A DNA stretch of 63,947 bases, counting the filler, from Intoshia linei (Eukaryota > Animalia > Orthonectida): assembly GCA_001642005.1 (NCBI GenBank). It is 6 parts of 6 records of this genome, joined end to end, with 100 filler letters (N's around TTAATTAATTAA, not from the genome) between each part and the next. Parts side by side here need not be neighbours in the genome. Positions count along the whole stretch, not along the records: positions 38,598 to 58,800 come from LWCA01000703.1; positions 58,901 to 61,014 come from LWCA01002402.1; positions 61,115 to 62,815 come from LWCA01002521.1; positions 62,916 to 63,947 come from LWCA01002862.1; 2 more parts are not named here. One strand, given 5' to 3'. This document shows positions 51,300 to 63,947 of this stretch, in pieces. The notes beneath the pieces were generated by a model. It did no database searches and had not been told where the DNA came from. It worked only from the letters and a program-made list of their open reading frames with translations. The position numbers and the translations under genes are program-made. Numbering within the stretch: the first letter of the stretch is position 1; each line of letters starts with the position of its first letter.

Positions 51300-51737
51300 A
51301 GCCTCATATCATCCTTGACATTAAATTTGTTTATTTAATTTGTGTTTATATGAACAAATGTAGAAAATCCTGCTTCACACAGATAAGTTGACGGAAAAGG
51401 CAGTAGCAAATAGTGTTTCAATTTTACCGACTTTTTCAACATGGTCAAAATGTAACATGAAAAAGTAATATTTTTAAAATTACTGGTAAAATAATAAAAA
51501 ATTTTTGACAACGTAAACACTTGGATTTATTAAATCTATTACTAGATACTGTATTTTATCTGCAATAGTTTCTATATTGAGTGAAGATTTTAAATTGTAA
51601 TACATAATGTAAAATATTTCCGTAACATTATCACAGTCAATATTATATTAAAATAAATATATTCATAATATTTTGAAATTCTCACGACCCCCTGATAAAT
51701 TTCGCGACCCACGCGGGGCACCGGTTGAAAACCACTG
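51300..51737 (-). mobile_element. Buster/Charlie hAT deletion derivative
   Basis: CAGTGGTTTTCAACC terminus; LLPFPSTYLCEAGFS motif. Confidence 0.75.
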
Positions 51738-52085
51738 GCCTAGATTATGTTAATGTATTATATATTTTGAATAACTCATCAAGTATTGACTCAATTCTGT
51801 AATAATATTATAACTTGATCCCTGTAACACAATTACTTTACAAAAAAGGTTTCAATTTTTATTATTTAAATATGGTTCAATACCTATTAATTTATATTGC
51901 AAGTCTATTTTTAAATTGCTTTCGTCACTTGTATTGACATTTAGTATTTAAACATGTATATAAATGTTATAAAATATGTGTTATGATATAATGTTTTAGA
52001 GTAAAATGAAAATAAATATTGATAGTAACGACTAAAAATTTTAAAATATTTACAATTATTGTTTTTATGGAAATTGCACGCATTG

Positions 52086-53050
52086 ATGACTTCGACAATG
52101 AGGACATTATGGAAATGTATATTTCTGATTATAGGCATCTGTTGTGTCATAATAATTTATAAATTACGCAGTGATTTAATCATCAAATACAGAAACTGGA
52201 TAAGCCAAAACCATTCCAAGAAAAATGAAAGCTTGCGTGACCGACTACCAAGTGTTGTGCATTTTACTTGGTATGTAGATAAAATTTCTGATTTAAAATT
52301 TCATGAGTATACAAGTATTTTGAGTGCCCACCGAAACTTCAATGTGGATAGAATCCATTTTTATACAAATAATGAACCAAAGGGTGAATTGTGGAATAAA
52401 ATTTTAAATGAATTGATGGGAATTATATACATAATTTACCGAACTCCACCCTCTCACGAATTACTGAACGAAAAATTTGAAAACACATATTATGCCACTT
52501 CAGCATCTAATGTTGATAGAGTTTTACTACTGTATGAATATGGCGGAATTTACATGGATATGGATGTAATTGCCATTCAACCAATCCCTGATTACGTTAC
52601 AAAATCATGTTTTATGGGTTTGGAGTCGGAACAAAAATTATGCGGCAGTTTTATAGCATGTGAAGCTAATTCTCCATTTTTGGCAATTTGGTTAAATTCC
52701 TATTTGACAGATTACAGAATTGAGGGTAATTTAAATGTAGACTATATTGACGTATAATTTTAGAATGGTCATACAACAGCGGAATGGTTCCGACACAAAT
52801 AGCAAAAAGATTTCCTAAAATGATTCATTTGTCCAGACTTATTAATCAACCAAATTTTAAACACTTGGATCAAATTTGGGGAAATTCTCAGTATAATTGG
52901 AAAAATAACATTGCAATGCATATATGGTATCGATTGTATACATACGATCAAGATTTATATGACATGTATCCAGATTCCAATTTTACAAACATTTTGACCA
53001 ACAACCGTACCATTGATCAAATATATAAATTTGTACATTACAAAACATAA
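52086..53050 (+). CDS. GT32 alpha-1,4-glycosyltransferase (A4GALT/A4GNT-like), type II membrane, 2 exons
   Basis: N-terminal TM segment; LPSVVHFTW, SILSA, DRVLLLYEYGGIYMDMDV (DxD); intron 52727-52763. Confidence 0.88.
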
Positions 53051-53060
53051 TTACAATTGT

Positions 53061-55280
53061 TTATTTTTTTTTATTTTTAAATTCCATGTACAAGTTAGAG
53101 TCACCATTTAAGGTTGACATTTTTAGATTGGTGGTGGTTTCAAATTCATCAGTGTCGATTGTTGCCTCTTCGTCATCTTCTTCCTTGCTATTAATAATAG
53201 ATTTTAACAATTCCAATTGTTCCTTAATGGTTCCAAATTTTAATGTTTTGTCAGCGTCCAAACCCTCAAGTCGAGTGATATATTTGTAGGCATAACCTTG
53301 GTTTACGAGAAATCGTTGTCTTCTTCTAGCATGATGTACTTCAACCGTGTCTTGAGAAACAAGGGAATAAAAATAAGCATTAAATTCATTTTCTTCCAAA
53401 ATAACATTTTTTTTGGCACGTAAAATACGACCCAAACGCTGAGCTTCCTGTCTACGTGAACCACCATGAGAGGAAATTTGTATTAGTACATTGGCTTCAG
53501 GTAAGTCAAAAGAGTTATCAGCTACTTTAGACACGAATATAGTATTAACTTTAGGATTATGTTGAAAATTGTTTAAAATGCGCAAACGCTCATCTAGACT
53601 TGTTGGTCCATACAGGTATGGTCTATCCATAAAAATAGCATATTGTTTTAAAGTATAAACACTGTCAGAAAAAACAATAATTTTGTCTCCTCTGTTTTCG
53701 TGAAATTTTATTAAAAACTGACAAGCACGAAATTTATTCGGATTCATCAGGTAAAATAAATTTCCTTTTCGTAAAGAGGCATTCAAGTATTCTCTAAAAA
53801 AATCAGGAGTCATTGAGCATGAAACTTCACAACACTGAACGCGAGCAATATATCCTTTATCTTGAAGTTGTTTCCAATTGGCTTCGTACAATTTTGGTCC
53901 AATTAAAAAATTCAAATCAGTTATTTTGTCGTCCTCCCGGACTAGAGTAGCAGTGAGACCTAACTTGCAATGGGATTTGACAAATGTCAATACTTTACGG
54001 AACATTTTTGCTGGAATGTATTGAACTTCGTCCATTATCAACAATCCCCACTCGATAGATTGAACCCATTTGATCAACTGTTCTGCACTCCAAGCTCTTT
54101 TTCCAGAATAAGAAATCATTGAATAAGTACTGATACAAATATATGATTTTTTCGACTTTGGTTTATCGCCGGAACCAGAAGTAAACCGTATAATACTAGA
54201 ATCGTCAGCTGTTGACCAAATTTTGAATTGAGATCGCCATTGTTCGACAGCCACAGAAGATGTACATAAAACTAAACACGACTTTCGAAGTGTACAAGCA
54301 GCCGTCACACCGACCAATGTTTTTCCTGCACCACACGGTAATACAATGATGCCAGATCGAGCTCTATTATTGCTAAACAATTTCCGAAGGCAACATTCCT
54401 GGTAAGGGCGTAAATACGTGTTAGATTTAAGTTGTACATTTAAATCTGGGTTAATTTTGTCTGATTTAAAGTCGTATTCTGCCAACAAAGGATAATCTAG
54501 TTCGATACATCTTTGCTGAATTTCCTCCAATTTTGTTTGTTTAATACGGATAGTGAAGATGCTCGATTTTTTAGTACAAAAAGGAGCTTCATCCAACTTG
54601 CCTGGTTTAGAAAATACACATTTTAGAGATTCCGACATACATAGTTGAAAGACGTTATCTTTTATCAAAAAATTGTAAATATCTTGAATTGCTGTTTCAA
54701 TAACGTATTCACTTTCTCTCAAAACCAATTTCACTTTACCATAACTTATTGTGCACTCTTTGATAAACTGTATAATGTCCTCTGATAATTTGACTTTGCT
54801 TAATAATTCCAAAGTTTTCAATATTTCCTCGGTTTTCAGACCAACTGAAACAGCAGCGTACAAAGAATAACTAGATATTTTGTATTCGTGCATTATAGGT
54901 GGTCGTGATACAGGTTCAGCTATTGCAATGAGAAAATCTTGAGCTTGCTTAAAGAATTTGGAAAAACATTCCAAAAATATTGTTCCGTTTGGAGAAACTA
55001 TTATGGGACGGTTTGAATAATCTGTATTTAATACTAAATTTTCATAGTTATATTTTATATTTCGTTGAATTTCATTTTTCTTAGATTCAAAATCACTATC
55101 ACTGTCTTCATTCTTTAACACTTTCGATGCACTTTTAGGTAAATTCACACCTAAAACAATAAATAATACATTTGTATCATTTTATATACCTTCAATTGGT
55201 TCATTTTTTCTTTTCTTAATTTTTATAAATACTTTTAAAGGTTTATTTTCCTTTTTCCTCTTATTAATTTGTAGGCTCAT
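53061..55280 (-). CDS. ERCC3: TFIIH XPB helicase/translocase, 2 exons
   Basis: [62 protein letters not shown]; short first exon 55280-55190. Confidence 0.98.
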
Positions 55281-55811
55281 ATCATCAAATTAATTATGAG
55301 TTACTATGATTAAATAATTACTTTACAATTTAGTTTATTTATGGTTGTAATTTGTAACAATTCCGAATTTCCGAGCTGTATATTTATGGGAATAAGTTTT
55401 ACAATATCAATAATAAATCTATTTTTCCATTGCATCTATCGTAACGCGTTGAGGGAACCGATAAATAATTGATTTTGGATTATTTCAAGTTTTGCTCAAC
55501 TTAAATATGTTGGCTTATTTTAAATTATAAATACTAATTGCGGGCAAAAATATGCAAATTAGCTGAGTTTTACAGTGTAATTGTTGTATTATAATGATAT
55601 TTGAATGCGTATCATATCTCAGTATCTACTACGTTATGTTTATTTTATGATAATACAAAGCTTTAAAAATTTTGACAAAAATATATAAATTTCTAAAAAT
55701 TAGTACAATGTGGAAGGCTTAGCAACGTAACAAAACTAATATTAAAGTTCGCATTTATCTTCAAAAAATCTATATTACTATTTGTATTTAGTTGTCTTGA
55801 ATCAACTACAA

Positions 55812-56527
55812 ATGGGTAAAGCAGAAAAAAGTGCAATGTTAAGACTTCAATCTGACTTGAGAAAACTTGTAGAAGAACCTGTGCCATACATTGAAGCAAT
55901 ACCTGAGGAAAATAACATTTTGAACTGGCATTATGTGTTTACAGGGCCCCCTGATTCACCATATGAAGGTTTGATTAAGAAAAATTAATTGAAATTATTT
56001 TAGGTGGAATATACCACGGAATGTTACGTTTTCCAACGCATTATCCATTTAGTCCACCAAGTATTTTCATATTCACCCCAAATGGAAGATTTGAGTTAAA
56101 CAAACGCATTTGTCTCTCAATCAGTGATTACCATCCAGATACATGGAATCCATCTTGGTGTGTGTCTACTATTTTAACTGGATTGTTGAGTTTTATGCTT
56201 GATAATGTCGAAACCGAAGGAAGTATAAATACTTCTGTTAAAATTAAGAAAATTCTTGCTAAACGGTCTCTAGCATTCAATTTAAAATCTAAAATGTTTA
56301 ATACGCTATTTCCAAAATATATAACAAAATTTGAAGAAAAAAATGAAAATAAACGACTTGAACCTATCAAATCAGTCAGTATGGAAAAAATATCCGATAA
56401 TGTTTCAAATGAAATGACATGGTATATTAAGCCGTTACAATATCTGGATAGATATTGTACTATAGGTGTTGTTTTTCTCTTTTTCACTGTTATCGCCACC
56501 TATATAATTAGCAACGCAGACAGTTAA
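55812..56527 (+). CDS. UBE2J2: Ubiquitin-conjugating enzyme E2 J2 (Ubc6), tail-anchored, 2 exons
   Basis: NILNWHYV..GPPDSPYE|GGIYHG, TPNGRF, RICLSISDYHPDTWNPSW, C-terminal TM segment. Confidence 0.95.
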
Positions 56528-56591
56528 ATATTTGTATCTGCAAATGCACACGAAAACGTTTTAATTTTTGTAAATATTTATATTTAGACTA

Positions 56592-56827
56592 TTAAATGTA
56601 TTGTTTATTGCTTGATAAAGACATTAAAGTTGCTAAGACCTCAGTACGTGATAAGCCATCCAAACATTTATTCTTTTCTATTCCAAATGCTATGATATTA
56701 ATAATGAATTAGTTAATTTAAACCATATCGTACGTAAATCTTTGGTTTTATATTAATGCAGTCTCGAATAAGAATTGGAATCTTGTTTTCGTTTTTAAGT
56801 GATATATAATCTTGTTTTATAAATTGT
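56592..56827 (-). CDS. NDUFA2: Complex I subunit B8, last two exons (first exon unresolved)
   Basis: QFIKQDYISLKNENKIPILIRDCINIKPKIYVRY|AFGIEK versus human [40 protein letters not shown]. Confidence 0.85.
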
Positions 56828-57156
56828 CTAAAAAAATCAATGTAGGGTCACTAAAAATTTAAAAAATAGTTTCTGAATTAGTTATTTGGCTTTACTACGT
56901 GTTTAATTTAAGTTCCACTAAAAATGAACTCATTCAAATTTAAAAAGTAGATTACTGTTCTATTTTATCACGTCTTCAAAAGTTACAACCAAATCGAAAC
57001 ATGACTATGAAATGTTCTTATGAATATAATTTTGAAACGATATTCTAACACAATAAATTGTTAAAAATTGAATTTGGAACTATAGTTTAGTCGTATAAAC
57101 ACCCTGTCATCCACGCACAAATGTAAAAACAATTTAATGTCACCATTACACTAAAT

Positions 57157-57382
57157 CAGGGGTACACAACCTGCGGCGGTTGACAATGCATGTGATAAGA
57201 TTGCAATATATCATTTTACTTCAAATTAAAAAGTTTAAATCAGATTTTATTCAATATTTGTATCAAGAATCTACATTTTTGACTTTTCCCCTTTATCAAT
57301 GTCAAAGTAAATTTTGTGTGGCATTAGTATCAATGAGTAAAGTAGCTTTGCGGCTGAATTGGTAGAAAAATTGTACACCCTG
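57157..57382. mobile_element. hAT MITE
   Basis: CAGGGGTACACAA / TTGTACACCCTG termini; imperfect TSD cactaaat/atctaaat. Confidence 0.7.
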
Positions 57383-57829
57383 ATCTAAATCAAAAAAATT
57401 TTAAATTTTGTTTTTTTGTTGACCTTGATATAACAGGTTATTTGAACATACTGTTAGATAGATTTTCTGTTGATTTTGTATAATCAACTTTTTCATTATA
57501 TATGTTGATCAATGGGGTTTTTACAAAATATTATATAAATCCAATTTTTTAAACAAAATTTTATATATAGGAATTTCATATTTTAAAAAAAATGGCTCAA
57601 ACATAATACATTTACTAACATTTGACAATTACTTATCTTGCAGATAAATGTATAAGTTGAAGATTGGGAAAGTTAGATTCTTGAAAAAGGTTCACAATCA
57701 CAATGTATACCCCATTATAATACAGTATTCTCTTCACAACTAGCCATACAAGTTTTAAAACCATTTTTCAAAATAAGTTAGGTTATTTTGTATTAAATTA
57801 TCTTTTTTGATGATTTATTTTGAATTAAC

Positions 57830-58235
57830 CCATTTTCTCCAAATGTGACCATATGGTCACACAAAATGGAAATATTAAAAGGTGAATAACTTTGATATTA
57901 AGCAAAGTACAGATTAATTAATTAATGTATGACCTATTTAGAATCATGTAGGCTTGTGCCGCGTATTTATTATGATTATAAGATTAGTCATTTGGTTTCT
58001 TACCTTCCACAGGTAAAAACGTTTTATTTTCTTAAAAAAAAATTAAATAAAAACTAAACACTTTTTTCTCCATTTTATAGAAAGGTATTTTTAATTTTGG
58101 ATAACCATATAAAGGGTATATTCATTATCTATTGTTGCTGATATTTTTTATAACATTTCAACGACATTCTAGTAGTTTAATATATATGCACTGTTAAACG
58201 TATGTGACTATATGGTCACATTGGGAGAATATGTG
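57830..58235. mobile_element. Degenerate piggyBac-like MITE
   Basis: TTAA|CCC left end; inverted ttctcc-aatgtgaccatat-gtcaca at both ends. Confidence 0.55.
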
Positions 58236-58707
58236 TATAATTTATTTATTTAATTATTTTTAACGTTTTCAAACGTAAATTTAATTTATTTGTTGTTAAT
58301 TTAAAATTTTATTTTGCTAATTGTGAAGATACAATAAATTTACTTCATTACATTTTTAAGGGTATCTCATTTTTTCAAATGGAATCTTCCAACATAAAAT
58401 GTATACTGTACTGCATTTCCTGAATCCAATTATATAAAATACAGATGTTATTCTCCCATTAAATTATTTGAATTGTTTTTTGATAATAAAATAGTAGTAT
58501 TGAGGGGAAACGTCGTAGTTATAATTGTATTGACACTATGCGAGCTAATCGCGTCCCCATAAAATGCAACTTAATTGACAAAAAAAAAGATAAAAATGCC
58601 TCGTGGTACTTATGAATAAAACAACTAAAAACCAAATAGCTTTTTTAAATTCATATTTATATAATAATATCATTAAATTTATTAATTAATTTTTGTACAG
58701 TGTACAC

Positions 58708-58800
58708 TAGGGTGTCCACTTTTTAAACTTTCCATTGAATTAACATAAGTATATTTTACTGAGCGTTCGAAATGTAATTTAGAACACAATTACCGATTAA
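58708..58800 (+). mobile_element. hATm-like terminus running into a gap
   Basis: TAGGGTGTCCACTTTTT, like the termini at 38048 and 43970. Confidence 0.5.
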
Positions 58801-61244
58801 NNNNNNNNNNNNNNNNNNNNNNNNNNNNNNNNNNNNNNNNNNNNTTAATTAATTAANNNNNNNNNNNNNNNNNNNNNNNNNNNNNNNNNNNNNNNNNNNN
58901 ACTTTTACAAAAACCCCATTTTAAAATTAAAATTGATACACATAAAAGAAAATAAAATAATTCATATTACTCATCTAATATGAAACTACATATTAATAAC
59001 ATGAGAAGTATTTAAATAATTCTTTTAGGCTATATTTAATTCATACTTATACAATAATAATACAATTAATTATACATACAGCTTTCATAACAATTATCAT
59101 TAGGATTTATGTAATGGAATATGAGGTAAAACTTGTACTAGAACTACAATCACTATTATTCCGTCTGATTTTTTTATTATTTGAATTAGTTGATTCTTTT
59201 TTTGATTTCAATAATTTTTCGTCTTGTTTACGTTTATTCCTTGTTATTAATTTTAATTCAGTGTGTTTATCATGATAATGATCATATAATTTCAATATTG
59301 ATAGTTATAATAACTATATCTTAATATTAACGTGTTTTATCCAATGTATAAATACTACTTATAATGTTTTTATAGTGAGTATATTTTAACTTATTTTAAT
59401 ATCTACTACAATTTTCTTATATTTATTTGATAATAGGAGGTACTATTTCATGTATTGTTATATTTGTAACAAATAACTTAACAAATAGGACGTAATAATT
59501 ATTTTCATTTTAATTTAGAATAGTTACTTTTCGCTTAACATGTACGATTTTTATTGTAACAGTAACATTAATCATTATCATGATACATGAGAAATAAATG
59601 ATTTCATTGCCTTTTACCTGTAAAATAAAAAAACATTTACGATTAAGTCTAGCAAAAGGGTTGATTTCGCTAGTCATTTTAAGGGATGGTCATGCTGACC
59701 AGTGGTTATACATAAGATAATATAAAGTGCAAAATATTTTTATTTTTACTGTAGTTAGTAAAATTTATTAACAAGTTTTTATTATATTTCATTATCCTTT
59801 TTTAACACTTAAAACATTTAGAAATTCAACTAGAAAGTAAAATCAATTCATAATTATACATTCCAGGGATTTACACCAATGTGCCCATTTGACGATAATC
59901 CATAATATACATTGTATATAGTATTCACCAGTATGTCAAAAAGAATTATTATTTTAAAATGTAAATGTTGTTCCACCTAAATCGTAGTTCTCATTATATT
60001 TATGAAAATTAATGAAACAAAAAGAATGATTGTGATAGTTTGGTATTTCTGCCATATTTCATAATAAATTTTCGGTTAAATCTGTTTGGATCTGTTCAGT
60101 CAACTGATATTAGATATATTAGAACAATATTCACTATGGTCTGTTTTTTATAATATACATTTTATATACAATACAATTTATTATTTTCTAGAAGGTATAT
60201 TGTATAAAATTTATCTAGATGTCATTTATTCCATTTGTTCATCAAATGTTCGGTCTCTAATATTTTATGTCATTATGACAGATTAGACAACCAATTTTGA
60301 AAAAAGTGGTCTGTTTTTCAATTTTTTTTACTATATTACCCATATTACAGTACATGTACTGTACTTATTTTGATATTACCCACTTCATTTTTTAAACAAC
60401 ATTTTGGAATAAGACATAAAAATTTTTAACAATTTAATAATAATTATGAATACAAAATGTACTATTTTTTAGATCAAATTTCGCTATTACCCATGAAAAA
60501 TATCAATTAATTAAATGTTAATTGAATTGCATAATTAAATACCTTGAGATAATGAGATATATCATTCTGTTCCAAATTTAATATAATATATTATATAATA
60601 GCCATATTTTATGAGTAAAATGTTGTCTCATTATAATCAGACGAAATAATGTCTTGCCGACTTATGTATGACAACAAGTTTTTTCTATTGGTCCATATTG
60701 TTAATATATATTTTTATTATTTAAATTTAACCTAGATTTCTTTATTTTGAGTTTTAGTCGTGATGAAATTCTTACCAATATTACAAAAATACTATATTTT
60801 TCATCATAATTAACCTCCATAAAAACCATAAAAATAGAGTTTTGGTATAATTTAAAATATTGGCTTACATAGCTAAACGTGAGGATCAACACCAAAAGAC
60901 GTTGACTATAGATACCGTCAAAAATGAATAATTTCTTAAATGAAGTTCAGTTTTAATTTCTACATAAGATATTTGCATAAGAATATTCAAATGGTGTGCC
61001 CCACATCAATACAANNNNNNNNNNNNNNNNNNNNNNNNNNNNNNNNNNNNNNNNNNNNTTAATTAATTAANNNNNNNNNNNNNNNNNNNNNNNNNNNNNN
61101 NNNNNNNNNNNNNNAATTGGTACTGAATATATATTATCATATTGAAAATGACAAAATAGGTTTTTATACTTTTATTCTTTCTTGAATTTATGCTATTTAT
61201 AACAATTTTTAGGATTGGACTTTTTTTACTTTATTTTTAATATT

Positions 61245-61530
61245 ATATACACATTAAGTCTAATAAATAAAAAAATGGAATAAAAATTGTTTTTAAAATT
61301 CTATACGCAAACGTTAACAAAAAAATTAAGATGGAACATTTTAGTAAAAAGTAATGTGATATGATGGTTCCACCTGAAACAAGTTTGGGGGCCACTCCTT
61401 TCGTAGGATTGATAATAGTGAATAATAGAATTTTTAAGTCAGATTTTCAACGTGAATTTATTTTAATGTAGAATAAAAATGTGCCCTCACCAAAGCTAGG
61501 TGCTGTTTGTGCGTAGTACAAACATAGTAG
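61245..61530 (+). mobile_element. Non-autonomous Helitron-like element
   Basis: Reverse complement of the 37741-38038 copy; hairpin then GTAG|T. Confidence 0.65.
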
Positions 61531-61719
61531 TAATAACACAATAGTTAACCTAGTTAATATATAAAATATCATAGAGTATGGGTGTAGTATACGGATATAA
61601 ATTATACCAATTCCCTACAATTATGCATTCATAATTATTTATTTAGAACTGTGAAAGATTTAACGAAATTTTTTTTCACTAACAATGAAATTTGTAAATT
61701 TAGAATAAATATTATGACA

Positions 61720-62178
61720 TCAATTGTAGTAAAATTGATTGGTGTATTGATCAATTTGATTGTCTTGATAATTCGGATTGTTAGGATCAACGTATACATA
61801 TTGTTCATTAGGTTGACCATAATAATTGGATTGGTCCATAGACTCAAAATGTTGAGGATAATTTGGAAATGGGCTCATTTGTTGAGCTGGTTGCATCGAC
61901 TGCATTTGTTGCATAGGCTGCATAGACGGAATTTGTTGCATTGGCTGAATAGATTGCATAGGCTGCATTTGGGGATTTTGCATATATTGAGGATATTGGT
62001 TTTGGTTTATTTGCTGTGATGCCTGATTTACTGGTTGGTAATTTGAGGCCATAGGTCCATTTATTTTTCCTTGTTTTGAAAACTGTTTCATAATTTTTTT
62101 TTTGTATTTGCTGGGCAGTACTATTGTGTTGTCACGAATGATTGGATTGCATAGTAGACATTTACGTTTCTGACAATT
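61720..62178 (-). CDS. Terminal exon of a protein with a Cys cluster and a Q/M/P/Y-rich low-complexity tail
   Basis: tag acceptor; NCQKRKCLLCNP...QPMQSIQPMQQIPSMQPMQQMQSMQP...; probable upstream exons to about 62340 or beyond. Confidence 0.65.
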   Translation of the reverse strand, partial: NCQKRKCLLCNPIIRDNTIVLPSKYKKKIMKQFSKQGKINGPMASNYQPVNQASQQINQNQYPQYMQNPQMQPMQSIQPMQQIPSMQPMQQMQSMQPAQQMSPFPNYPQHFESMDQSNYYGQPNEQYVYVDPNNPNYQDNQIDQYTNQFYYN

Positions 62179-62915
62179 CTAAATAATTATTAGTCTATTG
62201 TACAATTTTTAATAATTACACATCCAGCTTGCATTTTTTATTTATATATTTTTTAATGTACACTTATTTGCTCTTCATCAATATACTATATATTTGCATA
62301 CCTTTATGTGAGTTGTTGTCAAACCATCCAATGTATAATTTTGTTATTTACTAACTTTTATTTTTGTGGTTTGATATGATCAAATTCAAATTTTCGATAT
62401 ACTGTAATCCCTAAAAGTTAATTTCTGTACCTGGTCATGTTTTTTATAATTATAGAAATGTAAGATTTTGTTCTAAAGCTCGACATTACTTTTTTTTCAA
62501 AAATTTATTTTAATTTTAATTTTATTTTGTTGATATTTATGTGAAATTATTAAAAACAATTTGGTTATGCTTTTTTTTAATTTATTAGAGAAAATGAGTG
62601 CATCATATTTCAAATAAAGTAAAAACTGTCCAATGTTGAGAATAATTATTAATAACATAAATTCCATAATAAATAAAATTGAAGGCTTGTATATTATACA
62701 ATGTATAATAATGTGATGGAATATATTCAGTAACTTCTTTCGATAAATAATCAATAATTAAAGGATTCAGCACATTTAAAAACAAATTTCGGTAACAACA
62801 TCAAAATAAATGTCANNNNNNNNNNNNNNNNNNNNNNNNNNNNNNNNNNNNNNNNNNNNTTAATTAATTAANNNNNNNNNNNNNNNNNNNNNNNNNNNNN
62901 NNNNNNNNNNNNNNN

Positions 62916-63307
62916 GCAATATTATTCTACAACAAGACAATGCTAGACCTCACACTTCTAAAAAAACCTTTCAGCTTCTAAAGGAGTTAAAATTTTAAGT
63001 ATTACCACATCCACCGTATTCACCGGCTTAGTCACCATCTGATTATTACCTATTTAAAGCTATGAGTAACCATTACTATAGTAAAAAATACACTTCAAAT
63101 GAAAGGTTAAAATTGGACATAGAAAAGTTTTTGTCCAATAAAGAAGCGAGTTTTAATGCTAATGGTATAAATAGACTACCGGAACGTTGGAAAAAGACTG
63201 TTGAAAGCAATGGTGAATATTTTATAATATAACTTTATTTTTAATGTAATCAAATAAACTTTTTAATTTTGTTAAAAAAACGACATTACTTATGAAACGA
63301 CCTAATA
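62916..63307 (+). mobile_element. Mariner (DD34D) transposon 3' part
   Basis: LQQDNARPH, LPHPPYSPA*SPSDYYLF, GINRLPERWKK.VESNGEYF; TIR ...CATTACTTATGAAACGACCTAA|TA. Confidence 0.92.
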
Positions 63308-63947
63308 NGAAAGCAATGGTGAATATTTTATAATATAACTTTATTTTTAATGTAATCAAATAAACTTTGTAATTTTGTTAAAAAAACGACATTACTTATG
63401 AAACGACCTAATATATAATTCATTCCTTTGGAATTTTTTTTATTGCTACGCAATTTTGAAATTTCAAATTCTCATTTTCAAAACATTTTGTTTCAAATTT
63501 AAACTACAACGAAACTAAAAGTAATACAACTTTTTTATTATCATTTTTATATTTATTACAATCATTTTCAATATTGGTAAAATTCGCCTGAAATATGTTT
63601 ATAAAGTGAAGATTCCGTTAATTATTTTATATATACTTGGTATTTTTAAGATTTGAGATTTTCATATTAGACCAGTGATACTCCTCCGATACCCATCAAA
63701 ATTTAAGTGCAATCAGTGCATTTTTTATATTGTTTTTGCTAGAAAATTTACCCAAATCACATAATTTTTTATTTGGTACCAACAATTTACCCAAACTTCC
63801 TCTATATAAGATTAAAAATTAAAATTTAATGTTCGATTCTCTAAAAATGACTGGGAAGTAACTATCTCAAATGAAAATAAAAAAAAAATGTTTCATGCAT
63901 TTTTTGCAAATTTTTGTTAGAAAATGGAAAGTTGTCGATTGCTACTA

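Noticed and set aside
57640-60260. Possible MULE/FAR1-like or host coding fragments
   Set aside because: Only short HNH/Cys motifs among many stops; not supportable.

Overview
Very AT-rich eukaryotic (animal) genomic scaffold in the standard genetic code. It has many tiny GT-AG introns (about 30-45 nt), a few long TE-filled introns, and five 100-nt assembly spacers (N..TTAATTAATTAA..N). The architecture is consistent with a compact parasite genome such as the orthonectid Intoshia (inference, not verified). Genes recognised by manual splicing: two tandem DDAH-like genes, a large low-complexity/coiled-coil gene, glutamine synthetase, an orphan SH3 exon, an ADAM10/17-like metalloprotease domain, DRC1, an E/K/R-repeat protein, centrin, DNAJC19/Pam18, a C2H2 zinc-finger protein, an ARL13/15-like GTPase, a GT32 glycosyltransferase, XPB, UBE2J2 and NDUFA2. 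Intergenic DNA and introns hold decayed hAT, hATm, Buster, Tc1, Tc3, mariner and Chapaev3-like elements, piggyBac and hAT MITEs, and a multi-copy mini-Helitron. The most notable signals are: a spliced host-like gene inside a split hATm transposase; DDAH paralogues lacking catalytic residues; an intron-containing hAT transposase; nine genes in strictly alternating orientation with stop codons only 10-67 bp apart; and an XPB with DEVQ instead of DEVH. No CRISPR, rRNA or tRNA was recognised. Exon boundaries were read by eye and may be off by a few bases.
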